This document shows positions 26,150 to 40,180 of a DNA stretch of 64,000 bases, piece after piece; the first letter of the stretch is position 1; each line of letters starts with the position of its first letter. This DNA comes from Lama glama (Eukaryota), in assembly GCA_028534125.1 (NCBI GenBank), contig CM052817.1, positions 64,854,001 to 64,918,000 of the forward strand. The letters are read 5' to 3'. Below the pieces are notes generated by a model. The model had not been told where the DNA came from, made no database searches, and saw only the letters and a list, made by a program, of their open reading frames with translations. Made by a program: the position numbers and the translations under genes.

Positions 26150-27790
26150 TTATTTTTTTAGAGTGGTTTTTGAGCTTACAGAAAAACTGATCAGAAAGTG
26201 CAGGGAATTCCATATCCCCTCTGCCCAGTTTCACCTATTATTAACATTTTGCATTAGTGTGATACACTTGTTACAATTGATAAACCAATATTGTACATTA
26301 TTATTAACTGAAGACCATAGTTTACATCAGAGTTCACTCTGCATTATACAGTTCGATGGGTTTTGATGAAATGCATAATGCCATGAATCTATTATGACAG
26401 TATACACCAGTATAGCATAGGTTAGCTTCACTCTCATTCCTCCCTGACTTCCCCTCTGGAACCCTTGGCAACCGCTGATCTTTTTTTTTTTTTTTACTAT
26501 CTCCATAGTTTGGCTTTTTTCTAGAATGTCATATATTTGGAATTAGACAGTATGTAGCCTTTTCAAATGAAAGAGTGACCCCTCTCACTTAGTAACATGT
26601 ATTTAAGTTTCCTCCATGTCTTTTCATGGTTTGAAAGCCCATTTCTTTTTGGCACTGTGTAGAATTCCATTATATGGATGCACTACAGTTTATTTATCCA
26701 TTCCTATTAAAGGATACTTTGCTTCCAATTTTTGGCAATTATGAATAAACATTCATTTGTAGGTTTCTGTGTGGACGTAAGCTTTCAGCTCTTTTGGGTG
26801 GGCACCTGGAGTGTTACTGCTGGATTATACGGTAAGAATATATCTAGCTCTGTAAGAAACTGCCAAACTGTCTTCCACAATGGCTGTACCATTTTGCATT
26901 CCCACCAGCAAGGAATGAGAGGTCCTGTTGCTCCATATTCTTGCCAGCGTGTGGTGTTGTCAATGTTTTGGATTTTAGCCTTTCTAATAGGTGTGTAGCA
27001 GTATTGCATTATTTCAATATACAATTCCCTAATGACAAATGATGTTGAGTATCTTTTCATGTGCACGCTTATTTGTTATCTGATAATCATCTTTGATGAG
27101 GCATTCAGATCTTTTGCCCAGTTTTTAATTGGGCTGTTTGTTTTCTTACTGTTGAGTTTCAATTTGTTCTTTGTATATTTTGGATACAAGTGTTTTATCA
27201 GATATGTGTTTTGCAAATATTTCCTCCCAGTTGGTAGCCTGTCTCTTCACTTTTTTAANNNNNNNNNNNNNNNNNNNNNNNNNNNNNNNNNNNNNNNNNN
27301 NNNNNNNNNNNNNNNNNNNNNNNNNNNNNNNNNNNNNNNNNNNNNNNNNNNNNNNNNNNNNNNNNNNNNNNNNNNNNNNNNNNNNNNNNNNNNNNNNNNN
27401 NNNNNNNNNNNNNNNNNNNNNNNNNNNNNNNNNNNNNNNNNNNNNNNNNNNNNNNNNNNNNNNNNNNNNNNNNNNNNNNNNNNNNNNNNNNNNNNNNNNN
27501 NNNNNNNNNNNNNNNNNNNNNNNNNNNNNNNNNNNNNNNNNNNNNNNNNNNNNNNNNNNNNNNNNNNNNNNNNNNNNNNNNNNNNNNNNNNNNNNNNNNN
27601 NNNNNNNNNNNNNNNNNNNNNNNNNNNNNNNNNNNNNNNNNNNNNNNNNNNNNNNNNNNNNNNNNNNNNNNNNNNNNNNNNNNNNNNNNNNNNNNNNNNN
27701 NNNNNNNNNNNNNNNNNNNNNNNNNNNNNNNNNNNNNNNNNNNNNNNNNNNNNNNNNNAGTGTCTTTAACAGAGCAAAACATAGTTTTGC
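26150..27790 (-). mobile_element. L1 3' region (ORF2 C-terminus and 3' UTR) spanning the gap
   Basis: Reverse translation gives HMKRYSTSFVIRE and WWECKMVQPLWKTVWQFL, KRQATNWEEIFAKHISDK: L1 ORF2 C-terminal motifs. Confidence 0.88.
27259..27758. other. Assembly gap, exactly 500 N
   Basis: Run of N. Confidence 1.
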
Positions 27791-29827
27791 TTTTCTGCAG
27801 GTTAGAGATAATTTTATTTTTGTCATTAGATCACTTGCTGGAACAATTCAAAGCACAACTTTGTCCTGAGTCATTCCTTTACTTCATTTCTGAAAATTTA
27901 AGTCTAGATCAGATTCTTAATAGTACATAAAGTATATTTTAGATCTGATCGAATTGTTAATGAAAGATGTGGATAAAATATTTATATATTGGCTTTATTC
28001 TTTTAGCATCGGAACTTCCAACAGTAACATAAAAGCCGTAACATCAGATTATTAAATTTTCTATAATCCAAGAGTAAGCACTATAGCCCCTTTTAAAATA
28101 CAAGAGCAAGATGAGTTTCTGACTTCCTGGAGGCACTGCGATTTTCACAGAGGGAAGAAGAATTCTCTGCATTGTTTGCTTTTTGACCTTTTATACCAGA
28201 ATTTAAGGTATTTTCAAATTCCCTAAAAAAATTAGGGAATTAACCTAAGAGAATTGGTGTGGAGAAGACCACAGAGTAGAATAGCTGAGTATCCCAGCTA
28301 CATCTAAGTCAATTCCATCAGGTTTCATTCAGACGAGTAAATAAAAATCTAGAAAAATAAAACAATCCATCTGTGGTCACTTTGCTCATTAATGGCAAAG
28401 CTAGGGCCATAAATTCCATTTTAAAATTCCAGTTCAGTGTCCTTTCCACCTCCTAAATTGTCTACTGTACCCTTTTGCCCCAGCACAGGTAAAAAATGAA
28501 TTTACTGACTTGAACTTACAAAAGGCCCTACTCAGAAAGTAGAATGAGTAAGTCTAAGGTTTGAGTTACACAAAGAAGCTGGAACTAACTCCTCACTATG
28601 TATAAGGGGCAATAAGAAAACATACTTTTTTATTGTTAGATAATAGTATTTTCTGAATTTAAAATATTTGAATGTATTTTATTCAGCCTAGAATAATTTT
28701 AGAATTTACAAAACTCAGATGTTTTGTGGCAACCTAATTTATAGCTGGTAATTTATATGCCATATACTCACTGTATACCAAGAAAAACTTGAACACAGAT
28801 TCTCTTAAAAAAGTCAATGAACTAAAAATATTGGCCTCAAGAAAATCTTGAGATCGATTTCTAGAAATATGGATGTATTTTGACACTGCAAATTATTCTA
28901 ACAGAAAAACTCTTTGCTATAGAAATAAAATGTGTATTTTCTAATACTATGATACATAAGACTTCCATGTAAGATAGAATATATACAACAAGCTTCTAAA
29001 ATTTCAAGACTAGTGTATCACCTTCAAGAAAATTAAACTCTTTCCTATGTTCCTAATCCATATATTTTCTTTTCCACATGATTGAGAATTCCCTAAGGGA
29101 CGTAACTTTATCTTTTATCCTTTAGGCCTATGACACTGTAGGTGTCTAATAAATGATTGCTGAGTGATTGAGAGAAAATCATTAAATGTTACTGAATGTT
29201 ATAAATAACAACATGCCAGAGGTTCTCCAGTTTATCATCTATAGATGTAGTATCATTCTTTTGCTACTGGATTTTTCTTCTCCTTCAGGTTTTACCATCC
29301 TCTTAGAAGATACAAATTTAAGATGTTGGTTTTCTTAAATTTTTTAGTACAGTATGAAAGGTCCTTATTTACAGTTAAATTAATGTAAAGCATGTTTGTA
29401 GGTGCTGCATTTTAAAGCTGTTACTTTAACTTCCTTTATCAAAATTGATAACCATGTTATATATTTTTATGTTGGTAAGCCAACAGTGACTTTAATGTAA
29501 TTAAGTGTAGAATGTATTTTAAGTTTCTCACAAATGCTTTGATTTTTCCAGGGAAAACTTTTTTCTTTCCCCCTCATGCTTATTTTGATTTCAATGTTCT
29601 CAAAATATTTGGTCTTAAAATAAGAGCCTCACACTGCTTTGACATGAGTGACAACTCCGTGCAAAGAAGGTGGAGAAGTGTTAGATGTGTGAGAAAATGC
29701 CTAGAACCCCTTGTCAGCACTACTGTCCTTCTGTGATTTCAGGGTCTGAGCACACCTGGAAGTGAGGTTAATAAGGGAGACTCCAAGGCCTTTTGTGGCA
29801 ACAGTGGAGAGGGGGAACCAGCACTCC

Positions 29828-29960
29828 ATGAACATGAGCCTGAAGTCCCCGGTGTCTGCTCCTCAGTTTGAGAGCAAAGGTAGCCATATTTCAGCGAGAA
29901 ATGGAAGCTGTTTTCTAGTCAGGCACACCCCTCATCCCAGAAGGGTCTGCCACATCAAAG
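29828..29960 (+). CDS. C4orf17: C4orf17 orthologue, coding exon 1
   Basis: [44 protein letters not shown](G). The [18 protein letters not shown] block matches recalled human C4orf17. Probable acceptor tttcag ends at 29742, in-frame upstream TGA at 29747, donor AAG|gtaagg (phase 1). The second ATG at 29834 has better Kozak context and aligns with the human start. Confidence 0.93.
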
Positions 29961-30329
29961 GTAAGGTGACTCAGGGTTCTAGGATGTCTCTCTCTCCTAT
30001 ATATTTGGGCTACCTGATGCTTATGGTGGATAAACACAGGGTTATTATTCAAAATATTTAACCGCTGGTGAGGCCCAGGCACTGACTACGGGGACCAGCA
30101 CTGGAGCTAGAGCAGAGGCCTGCAGACACCCTCTGTGCCAGCCTTAAGCCTTGGTTTACTTGAGTGATAAGAAGGGGACCTGGAGAGGTGCCAAAGGGGC
30201 CACTCAGGAAGCTCAGGGCAGCAGCTGACCAAGTGGAGGGAAAGTTATTTCAATTTTTAACAAACTATACAGTCATGCTAGCATCTCCATGCTAAATAAC
30301 AGCCCTGGAGAAGCACATATTTTATGCAT

Positions 30330-30440
30330 TTTTTTCTCTCAATCCTTTCTTTCTCCCCTCCCTTTCTCTCTCCCTCCCTTCCTTCCTTCCTGCTTTCATC
30401 TCTCCCTCCTTCTTTCCTTCTCTCTTACCTTGCTGTCTTT
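30330..30440. repeat. CT-rich low-complexity tract
   Basis: Nearly pure pyrimidine run with (cctt) units. Confidence 0.8.
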
Positions 30441-32709
30441 CACATTTTAAAATTTAGTTTCTGTCACACCATATAGTACTATATTTTTTCCTATCCCCAT
30501 GGCTTCTCCTTTACAGCATTTTTTCCCCAATGATTCTGCAGTAAATGTTCAAATCCCTTCACAGCAAAGTCCTTGGCCATTTTCCCCGTTACAAGCTTAG
30601 TTAATAAATACCCTTTAAAAGCTTTAAATGTCAACTACTCATTGAATATATCTAATTTCCTTTGAAATATTTCACATCCTTAACAAGCAAATTTTTGCCA
30701 AACTGTAGATAACTACTGTAGATTAAATAAATCAAATTTATAAACATAGAAACCACATCATTTAAAACACTTTCTTACTGTTTACCAACTTAGTAACATT
30801 AGTAATAAAGTTACTTTCTCATCAAACTGAGGTTGCCTATCAGAGAATTAGCAAGGATGTGAGATCTTCACCTGACCCTCGCCCACAAGGTGGGTCCTTT
30901 AGAATCACTAGAGTAACAGATACCTGATGCCCTGTAGAGGGAGCTGGTCTTTCTGGGGCCCAAGGTTCCTGCATATTCAAAGAAGTTAATGAAACTCTCG
31001 CCAAGATTGTCTCTAACCTCCTTCACTGCTGGATTGAATGTCCCATTTCCCTGGCTAACTTTAAATCATTTAATGTTGTCCCATTTGACTCTGAAACCAC
31101 TTTAATGCCATTTCATTTGACCCTTTGCATATTTTTATAGAGTTCTTTCCTGACTCTTGTATAGATGGAATATGAATTCTTTATTACTTATGTCCAATAT
31201 GATACATTTACATGTATATGTTGTTAAATATATTTTTCCACTGGAAAAGGAAATATGTGGATGAGTAAAACAAAGCTGAAAACAAAAGTAGAAATGAAGG
31301 GGAATAAAAGCCCTCCCACCCACACAGACACACACACACATGCGCACATACATAACACACATTTTTACTAATTAAAGGAAGTAGCAGAGAAAATAGGACT
31401 TTTCCATTGGTTTGTCTCTGGGTTGATATTTTATTTATTATATTTGGTAGGCAACTTTTCACTATGTGCATGGGCCAATCACTCACCCAGGTGCTTAACA
31501 TAAAATGATAAGACGTGATGCAGTCTTCAATTTTTTTTCCTCATTTCTATTTGGTACCAGTTACTATCAGTAAAGTTCTAAGTATTAGACTAAATTAAAG
31601 ATTTATATTTGGCTGTGTTATTCATCTATTTAACAAAGAACCACAGAGCACCAACTTTGTGCCAGGGACTCTTCTAGACACTGGGAATAGAGCAGCAAAC
31701 AAGAGACAGCTCCGTGCTTTCGTGAAGCTGACATTCTAGCGCTGCTCAGCCCAGCAGTGTGCAAGCAGATGCTGTGGGCAGAGTACAAGAGCACAGGGGA
31801 CAGAGCCTGATGGGATGCTTTGCAGGCAGGGTTGTCAGCAAAGACATTTTTGATGTCATTTAAGCAGATGGATAAGAAGGGGGTGAACTGACAGTACTAG
31901 GAGGAGATTTGGAAGAATGAGCAAATATGCAAAACACTCCAGACGCTTCCTGTGCGACTTCTTGGGAGACAAAGCAGCCATCTATTACTACCTCTCATAA
32001 TTCACTGATTAACAGAGCAGGGCCCTGCACGTGCCCATTTCCTAAGCTGTCTGATTCGACGTGACACAACGTTGATACTGAAAAGAGGGCCTGTCTGTAA
32101 TTCAGTATTTGAGCCAAAAGCAAACAGCTATTATAGGAGAGTGAATGAACCCAGAAAACTCTGACGTGAGGAAAGGAGTTCCTTTATACCACGTTTTCCT
32201 TCCTTCCTTCCCACACAATCTCCCTTATCCTGCCTCCTATCCTTAGCGCCAACAGCTTTTTGCCTTCTGTCAGGACAAAAGAAGAGCCAGTATACGTCTT
32301 TTAGGATTTGTTACACTGGGACATTCTGGGTGCTTTCAGAAGTCTAAATCTGGTATTCGTGAAGAGGGCTACTGTAATCCCTCTTTGTCATCGTCAAGAC
32401 TTGGGAAACGAAAGGTCTGTCTGGGAGAGAAGCACATCTACTCCGCTGGACTCCCAGACCAAGATCAAAGGTGTGGGCCTGCTTCCCAAAGCTAACAAGA
32501 TGGGAGGACATTGTAAGGAAGAGTATGTTGCAAACATCATTTGCTACACTGACTTTCAAAGAATGTCCACCTAGCACTGGTTCATAACAATTTGAAGCCT
32601 GACATCTTATGTACATTTCATAATATCTGGTTGAGAAATTGCTGATCATTCAAAGTAAACCTGCCAAAATCTAACCTGGTCGTTTGTTCTTTTGATCTTA
32701 TTCACCTAG

Positions 32710-32919
32710 GTTTGAATAACATTCCAATCTGTACCGTGAATGATGATGAGGACTCATTCAGAACATTGTGGAGTGCCGGCCAGTTCAACCACTCAGAGAA
32801 GGACGAGATACAGTATGCCAAATGCAGTTACCCACCCAGCACCGCAGCCCTGGACAGCCCCGTTAGAGGAGCCTCACCAGCCCCAAACAGGCTCAGAGAG
32901 CCCCCACGGCCTCATTCTG
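32710..32919 (+). CDS. C4orf17: C4orf17 coding exon 2
   Basis: cctag|GT TTG AAT AAC: (G)[20 protein letters not shown]...PPRPHS. Donor TCTG|gtgagt; 210 nt, phase 1-1. Confidence 0.94.
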
Positions 32920-33469
32920 GTGAGTCCCTCTCCACTCACGAAATCTTTCCTGAGGCCTCCTGCAAATTATCAGAAGGGAAAAAAAATCTTGTTCATATAG
33001 CTGCAGTCATTTTTAAACAGTCATGAAATTTCCTCACTGTGAAACAGGTTATTCATTATAAAATTTTTTTATTCATCTAATCTCAATCCAGTAGTTCAAT
33101 AATGTTAATAAATATTACTTAAAATTATCATTGTTATTGTTAATTGTGCCCAAGACAAATTTGTTATGGTTCTAGTCTCTAATCTCTACAAAGTAGCTAA
33201 CGGGTACCAAAAATGAGTATTAGCCAATAGTGGTGGAGAAACTACCGCAGACACAAAGTGAGTCAGGGAAACGTAATAAGGATGGAATTGCATGTTTACC
33301 TCTTCCCCATGGGATGGTCACCTCCTTAAGGTCAGGGCCCAGTGTTACTACTTTGTGTATTTTTGCAACTTTTGGTATCTCCTCGGGTCCCAGCCCAATG
33401 CTTGGTCTTTAGCAAACAATTCAATTCAATTAATTAATATTTATTAAATTAAATTAAAAGGGATTAACC

Positions 33470-33665
33470 AAATGTACAGCATGATGACTGTAGTTAATAA
33501 TACTGTATTATATATTTGAAAGTTATGAGAGTAGATCTTAAAATTTCACATCAAGAAAAAAAGGGCAACGATGTGTGGTGATGAATGCGAAGTAAACTGT
33601 GATAATCATTTTGCAATATACATGTGATCACATACATATCATTATGTTGTACAACTTAAACTAGT
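33470..33665 (+). mobile_element. L1 3' end fragment
   Basis: aatgtacagcatgatgactgtagttaataatactgtatt..gagagtagatcttaaa. Confidence 0.75.
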
Positions 33666-35175
33666 AAGAAAAAAGCACAGTACGGCAAAATCTAAAAGGC
33701 ACAGTACAATAAAAGTAATTCTGATTGGTAGAAATTGTGTCTAGTTCTCTTTCTCCTGCCTTATATAATTATAAACTCTTACTAAGTTTCAGGGCACATG
33801 AAAATTATTTTGGTATAATGTGGTAAAGTATATATATATTTCCCAAAAAATAATGATAAAAGGGATCATTCATAGAGTACTTACTATGTAATTCCATCCT
33901 AAAGTCTCCACACTTGTTCACTTCCTTCACCCTCTTCCCTCCTTTCCACTAGCCATGAAGAACTAAAGCCCACCTGTTCACCTTCTTTCTGCTGTCCCTT
34001 CTTATACTGTAAAACCTGGAAACTTTAAAAATTACATTTGCAGGGGTCCCTTAATGAGAATTAGATGGTGCCATCTGGTAAGATTTGTATTGCAGATGTG
34101 GGCGGGGCTGAAGGCATCTTTTTGGTTGCTGTCCGCTACCAAGCATGACTGGAGACAGGGGTTTCCTAATGCAACATCCCAGGGTTCAGATTCTGGATTT
34201 ACAGATGTCAAAAGGCAAGTCAGCAGATGTGGTGGCTTTCTGACTGCAGCAGTGGTCCAGGGCCTAAGATTTAGCCTCATGGATTTTGTGACAGCAGTTG
34301 ACATAGCCATGCCTCCTGAGCTGGGATAAAGGCTGTGCCCCTCTTGGTGGGACAGGTGCACGGTGTTGTTCTTGAAGTGATTTGTGAAGGTCAAGACCAG
34401 AGTTCATTGCTCCAGTCCTTCCAATGATATTACAAACACCTAATTCCCTGCATTATTGACATTTTTGCTTAAAATAGCTAGAGTGGTTTCCGTTTGCCAC
34501 AGATGAACACTGAGTAGACTCAGCATTCATAACTTTCTTCTCACTACTTGGAGAGAGCTAGCTTTCCAAATTTAAAAAAAAATCTTTCTTCAGCTAAAAC
34601 TAATGAACTCAGTTATACTGGGGATACATATAAAATCTTTTCATCTTTTAACAAATTGTTGTGTTAACTATGGCTTCAGTAAAAAAACAACAATACAGCA
34701 TCGCTTACACAGACTATATCTTTAAATTAATGCAAAGGAAAGTTAAGCAAATATTCAGGTAGTTTAGGGTAATTCAGGGGATTTAGTATGATGACTGTGT
34801 GAAATGGGTAGGATTGAAAGACAGATGAAATAAGTAAAATAAAGGATGTAATTTTAACTCAGCACATATCTCCTCTTAAACTGAAATATGCACTTAAAAA
34901 AATCAGTTTACCCAGATCAAGGAAGCTCTTATAGTGTTTCTTTTAATCACCTTCCTGGGCATAGAAATAGTTTTGTAATATAAATATGCTTTTATCATGT
35001 TATCATAGGACAATTCTACCTGCCAGTTTTCTAATATTTATAAATGTATGCCCGAGTTGACCTTAAATGAAATTCAGATAAACTCTCATCTATCTCAGCA
35101 TATGATGTATATGTCATGTGAAAGAAGTTTTTCTTCAGTTTGATATAAGTATGTTTTTCCTCACTCTCATTTCAG

Positions 35176-35240
35176 AGCCCTGTCGAAAAATCAAAGAGTG
35201 CTTCAGAACTTCCAGTGAGAATCCCTTAGGACTTTGGAAG
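35176..35240 (+). CDS. C4orf17: C4orf17 coding exon 3
   Basis: tttcag|AG CCC: (E)PCRKIKECFRTSSENPLGLWK. Donor AAG|gtaaag; 65 nt, phase 1-0. Confidence 0.9.
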
Positions 35241-35339
35241 GTAAAGAAACAACTATTTACAGCTACCTAGTTAGTTTTGACTTCTGTCATTTCCTCTCCT
35301 TTTCTTCACATACCTTCCTGGAAAGGCACCTTTCACAAT

Positions 35340-38090
35340 TATTTTTTACAGCTTTATTTAAGTATAACTTAATATGCTATAAAATGCATATATTTAAAGT
35401 GTACAGTTTGATGCGTTTTTGACAAATGTACATCCACACCTGGGAAGCCACGACTGAAATCAAGAGAATGAACATGCCTATTACTCCCTGAATTTTTCTC
35501 ATGACCCTGGTCCTCCCACACGCAAACATTTATCTGCTGTCACCAAAGATTAGCAAGCAATTTTTAGGATTTTATGTAAACGAAACTTATAGTGAACTCT
35601 CTTTTTTAAAACCTGGTTCCTTTAGCTCAGCATAATGATTTTAATATTCATCCATGTTGTTATGTGTATCATTACTTCACTCCTTTTTTATTGCTGATAG
35701 TATTTAATTTTATTGGTATCCCACAATTTATTTACATGTTCATCTATTGATAGACATTTAGCTTGTTTCCAATTTTGAACAAAGCTGATATGAACATTTG
35801 TGTACAAGTGTTTGTATGGGTATATGTTTTCTTTTCTCTTGGGTGAATATGCTGGAGTGGCATGACTGGGTCTTGTAATAGGTGTTTGTTTAAGTTGTTA
35901 AGAAACTGCCAGAGTTTTCCAAAATGGCTGTACGATTTTACATTCCCACCTGCCATGTATGAGAGTTTACTCTTCTGCATCTCTTGCCAAACTTAAGTCT
36001 GGTCAGCATTTTAAATTTTAGCTAATCTAGTGGTTATGTATTGGTATCACATTGTGGTTTTAATTTGCATTTCCCCAATGACCAGTGACATCTTTTCATG
36101 TTCTTACTTGCCATCTATATATCTTGTTATGAAAAGCGTAAGTTCAAATATTAAAATTAGGTTGTTGGTCTTTTTATTATTAAGTTGAGAGGTTATTTAC
36201 GTATTCTACATATAATCCTTTTGTCACATACACATTTTGCAAATGTTTTCTTCCAGCTTGAGGCTTATTATTATTATTTTTTGTAATAGTGTCTTTTGAA
36301 GAACCAAAATTTGTAATTTTGATGAAGCCCAAATTAAAAAATTTTCTATTATAGTTTCAAATTCACATGCTGTTTCTCTCTATTGTGCCTTACTGCGATG
36401 GCTAACCTCTAGCACAATGGTGAATAAAAGTCATGATGGCAGACATCCTTGCCTTGTGCCTAATCATAGGGGGAATGCGTTCAGACTTTCACCATTATGA
36501 TGTTATGTTATGTTATTCACAGATGCTCTTTATATGGCTGAGGAAGTTCCTTTCTACTCCTAGTGTTCTGAGAATTTTTATCTGAAATGGGGGTAGGATT
36601 TTGCCATATGCTTTTTTGCATCTGTTTGAAGTGATCATATTATTTTTCCTTTTTAGTCTGTTAATACAGTGAATTGTATTGGTTAACTTCCAAAGGTTAA
36701 ACTAATTTTGCAGTGCTGGGAAAAAACTCCACCTGGTCATATGTTTTCTTTTTCTATATTTAATTTAATTTCATAAAACATTGTTTAGCATTTTTGTGTC
36801 TATGTTCATAAGAAATATTTGTAGTTTATTTGCAATGTCTTTCCTGGTTTTGGTATCAGTAAAATACTTGCTTCATAAAATAAGTTGGGAACTTCTTTTT
36901 AATATTCTGGGAAATTTTATGTAGAATTGGTATTGTTTCTTATTTAAAAGTTTAGTAGAATTCTTTAGTGAAGCCATCTGAATCTGGTGTTTTCTTTGAA
37001 TCAAGGTTTTTAACTGCAAATTCAGTTTCTTATTTTCACAGATATAGGCTATAGGTTATCTGTTTCTTCTTTAGTGAGTTTGGTAGTTTGTTTTTCAAAA
37101 AATTTGTCCATTCATCTGTCATTGAATTTGCCGATATAAAGTCATTCATAAAATATCCTTTAAATGATTACATGACCTGTAGATATGTTCTGTCTCTCAT
37201 TCCTGACATTGGTAATTTATGCCTGTTTTTTTCCCTGATGTGTCTAGCTAGAGGTTTATTAGTTTCATTGATTCTTAAAGAATCAGCTTTTCATTTCATC
37301 AATGATCTTTACTGTTTTGATTTTCTGCGTCCATTTCACTGACTTTGGTTCATGACTTTATATAAGATGAAAACTTAGGTCACTGACTTGAGACATTTTT
37401 CCCTTCTCATATAAGCATTTATCATAAGTTTTGTATAAACACTGTTTAGGCTGCATCCCCCAAATTTTACTATGTTGAGTTTTCCTTTTCATTCTGTTCA
37501 AAATATTTCCTAATTTCATTTAAAATTTCTTCTTTGACCACATGGGTTACTTAAAATTATGTTATATAATTTCCAAATAGTTGAGGATTTTAATGCTATC
37601 TTTATGTGACTGATTTCCAATTTAACTCCATTGTGGTCAGAAAACATACTTTGTTTACTCTGAGACTTTCAAAATTTATTGTGACTTGTTACATGGCCCA
37701 GAATATCGCCGACCTTATTAAATTCTCCATGTGTCTGTAAAAGAATGTTCACTCTGGTTTTCTGGGGAGAATAATCTAAATATCAATTAGGTCAAGTTGG
37801 TTAATACTGTTATTCAAGTCTTCTATAGCCTTACTAATTTGCTGCCTACTTTTTCTATCAGTTATTGAGAGAAAGGGGTTGAAATCTGACTATAATTGTG
37901 GATTTCTATATTTCTCTTTTCATTTCTATCAGGTTTTAATCATGTTTTGAAGCTCTTTTATTAGAATACCTATTTGCTTTGTCCTCTTGATGAAATGACC
38001 CTATTATCATCATAAATTTACTATCTTCAACCCTGATAACATTCTTTGCTTTGAAATCTGTTTCATCAATAGAACTGTTCAGGTTTTCTA
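35340..38090 (-). mobile_element. Old L1 (L1M) fragments, ORF2 and 3' UTR, in a C4orf17 intron
   Basis: Reverse-strand L1 motifs: cagacatccttgccttgtgcctaatc, tgaggaagttcctttctactcctagt, ccattgtggtcagaaaacatac. Confidence 0.8.
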
Positions 38091-38094
38091 TTTT

Positions 38095-38270
38095 TCTTTT
38101 TTAAATTAAAGTATATTTGATTTACAATATTATATTAGTTTCAGGGGTACAGCTTAGTGATTCAGTATTTTTATAAATTAAACTCTATTGGAAGTTATTA
38201 TGAAATAATGGCTATAATCCCTGTGCTGTACAATATATCCATGTTGCTTATCTGTTTTATACATAGAAGT
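38095..38270 (-). mobile_element. Younger L1 3' terminus
   Basis: Poly(T) then ttgatttacaatattatattagtttcaggggtacagc, same family as 16320. Confidence 0.7.
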
Positions 38271-38569
38271 GGTTTCAGAGTCAAATGGGACAAGATTAAA
38301 TGATTTAAAGTTAGCCAGGGAAATGTGAAATTCAATCCAGCAGTGAAGGAGGTTATGACAATCTTGGTGGGAGTTTCATTAACTTCTTTGAGTATACAGC
38401 AGAATTAGGTAATGGAGCCTTGGGCCCAAGAAAGACCAGTTCCCTCTACAGGGCATCAGGTATCTGCTACTCTAGTGATTCTAAAGGCATTTTTATTACC
38501 AACTTTTTGAACTCATTGTTTGATAGACTATCTCTGTGTCATTATTTTTTCAGGGGTTTTCTCTTGCTC

Positions 38570-40180
38570 TTTCAATGAGAGTAGGTCTTCTGCCTTTCAT
38601 TTTATTTAATTTTCTCTGTCTCTATAAATTAAGGTGAAACAGTTACCAACTACAGTCTTGAAGGGGTGTCCATATGCAGGAACACCTCTATACAGACTGC
38701 TTATGCCCAGTGCCTTTGGTTGAAGAGCTAGATTTTTTTGTTGTTGAAGGGCTAGATTTGATGTGGATATAAGTCACGTCTTTCCTCAGAAGGTACTGGC
38801 AGCTGTCACCTTGGTAGGAGATGGGGATGGAGATGGAGGGGCTAAGGTTTGAGCCACGTGTGAGGTGGGGCTCCTCTCTGCTCAGCGGCCATCACCACCC
38901 TAATGGTGGTGGGGTCGGATCCCAAAGCTGCTGGAGCAGCAGCTCTGAGGGTCAGGTCTGAGGTGGCTATTCCCTTTAAGTGTGCTTCCCCTTCTCCCAG
39001 CACTGGGACCCTTGCCCCAGAGGGAAGCTGTGCTGAAGGAAGAGGGGGACTTGCAGGCTCATGATGGGGCATGGGCTGTGGCAGGTTAGCCACAGACAGA
39101 ATCCAAACTGGCTCTGATGTGCCACCTGTCTGGGCAACAGTAGTTGTTGCCCTCACCCTGCTCAGATGCAGCCCAGAGTTCAAGTCCTCTTTGTCCGTCA
39201 CAGCCGATCACTCCTCCCAGCCTCTACTGCCCTGACCCTGTGTGCAGCCACAGTGCAGGGCAGGTGGGGCCCGTGTGGGCTCTCAGTATGTATCAGGAGC
39301 AGGCTGTGATGGACTGGCTGCTATCAGAGTTCCAGGCTGCTTCTGATGCACTGCCTGAGTAGCACCAATAACGGCCACCCCCCCACCCCACCCAGAAGCT
39401 ACCCCAAATCTGAGTCACCTCTGCGTTTCACAGTCAAGCTATCTCCCCAGCTGTGGCAGCCCTCGCTCCAGTGGGGATCCGTGAAGGTGAAGTAAGCAGG
39501 GCTGAAACGTTCACTTGGCTCAGGCTGCGGCACACGTTGGGGTTGTGGCAGGAACCGGGCAGCCACTGGGGCAGTCTTTAATCCTTCCTCACTGAGCTGC
39601 CTCAGGGACAAGCCAGTATATGTGGGCTCCTCACGAGCAGAGTCCAGAGTTCAGGGCAGAGTCAAGGCTTTCTGTAGCCCTCCTGCTAGGTCCAGCGGTC
39701 CTCCACCCCGCCAAGGGGGCTCATCTTCCCCGTGCAGGACCTGAGGGCCAGGATGCTCAGCAAGTGCGTTGAACCACTTACTCCTCAGGGTGAATCTCAC
39801 CCTGTGGATTCTCCCTTTACTTCTGAGTCCCTCCCTGCGGCACAGGTCACTTCTCTTCCCTTCCTACCCTATTCTCTGTGGAGCTTTCTTTTTTTTGGTG
39901 GGGGAGGGGGTAGGTAATTAGGTTTGTTTCATTTATTTATTTATTTGGAGGCACTGAGGGGTTGAACCCAGGACCTCGTGCATGCTAAGCACGCGCTCTA
40001 CCACTGAGCTATACCCTCCCCCATTAACCCCGTGGATCTTTCTCACAGCCTTGATTAGACAGGAGTCTTTCTGTCAGTTTCCAGTTAGTTTTCAGTGAGG
40101 ATTGTTCCACGTGTAGATTGTATTTCTGATGTGTTTGTAGGGGGAGATGAGTTCCACAGCCTCCTGTTCTGTTATCCTGC
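38570..40180 (-). mobile_element. Probable L1 5' UTR region, GC-rich, interrupted by a SINE
   Basis: GC-rich block among L1 pieces. Ends gattgttccacgtgtag..gggggagatgagttccac, resembling recalled L1M3-type 5' ends. Confidence 0.55.
39890..40022 (-). mobile_element. tRNA-derived SINE (Vic-1-like), full length
   Basis: Reverse strand gggagggtatagctcagtggtagagcgcgtgcttagcatgcacgaggtcctgggttcaa (A and B boxes) and (taaa)n. TSD gtggagctttct / gtggatctttct. Confidence 0.92.

Noticed and set aside
27032..27869. Long ORFs of 175-245 aa
   Set aside because: Artefacts of translating through the N gap; the flanks are L1.
38570..39880. GC-rich intronic block that could be a CpG-island promoter or coding region
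   Set aside because: CpG-poor for its GC content and better explained as an L1 5' region; its ORFs are unrecognisable.
39960..40022. tRNA-like sequence with A and B boxes (also at 19720-19780 and 58892-58960)
   Set aside because: Heads of SINEs with tails and TSDs, not tRNA genes.
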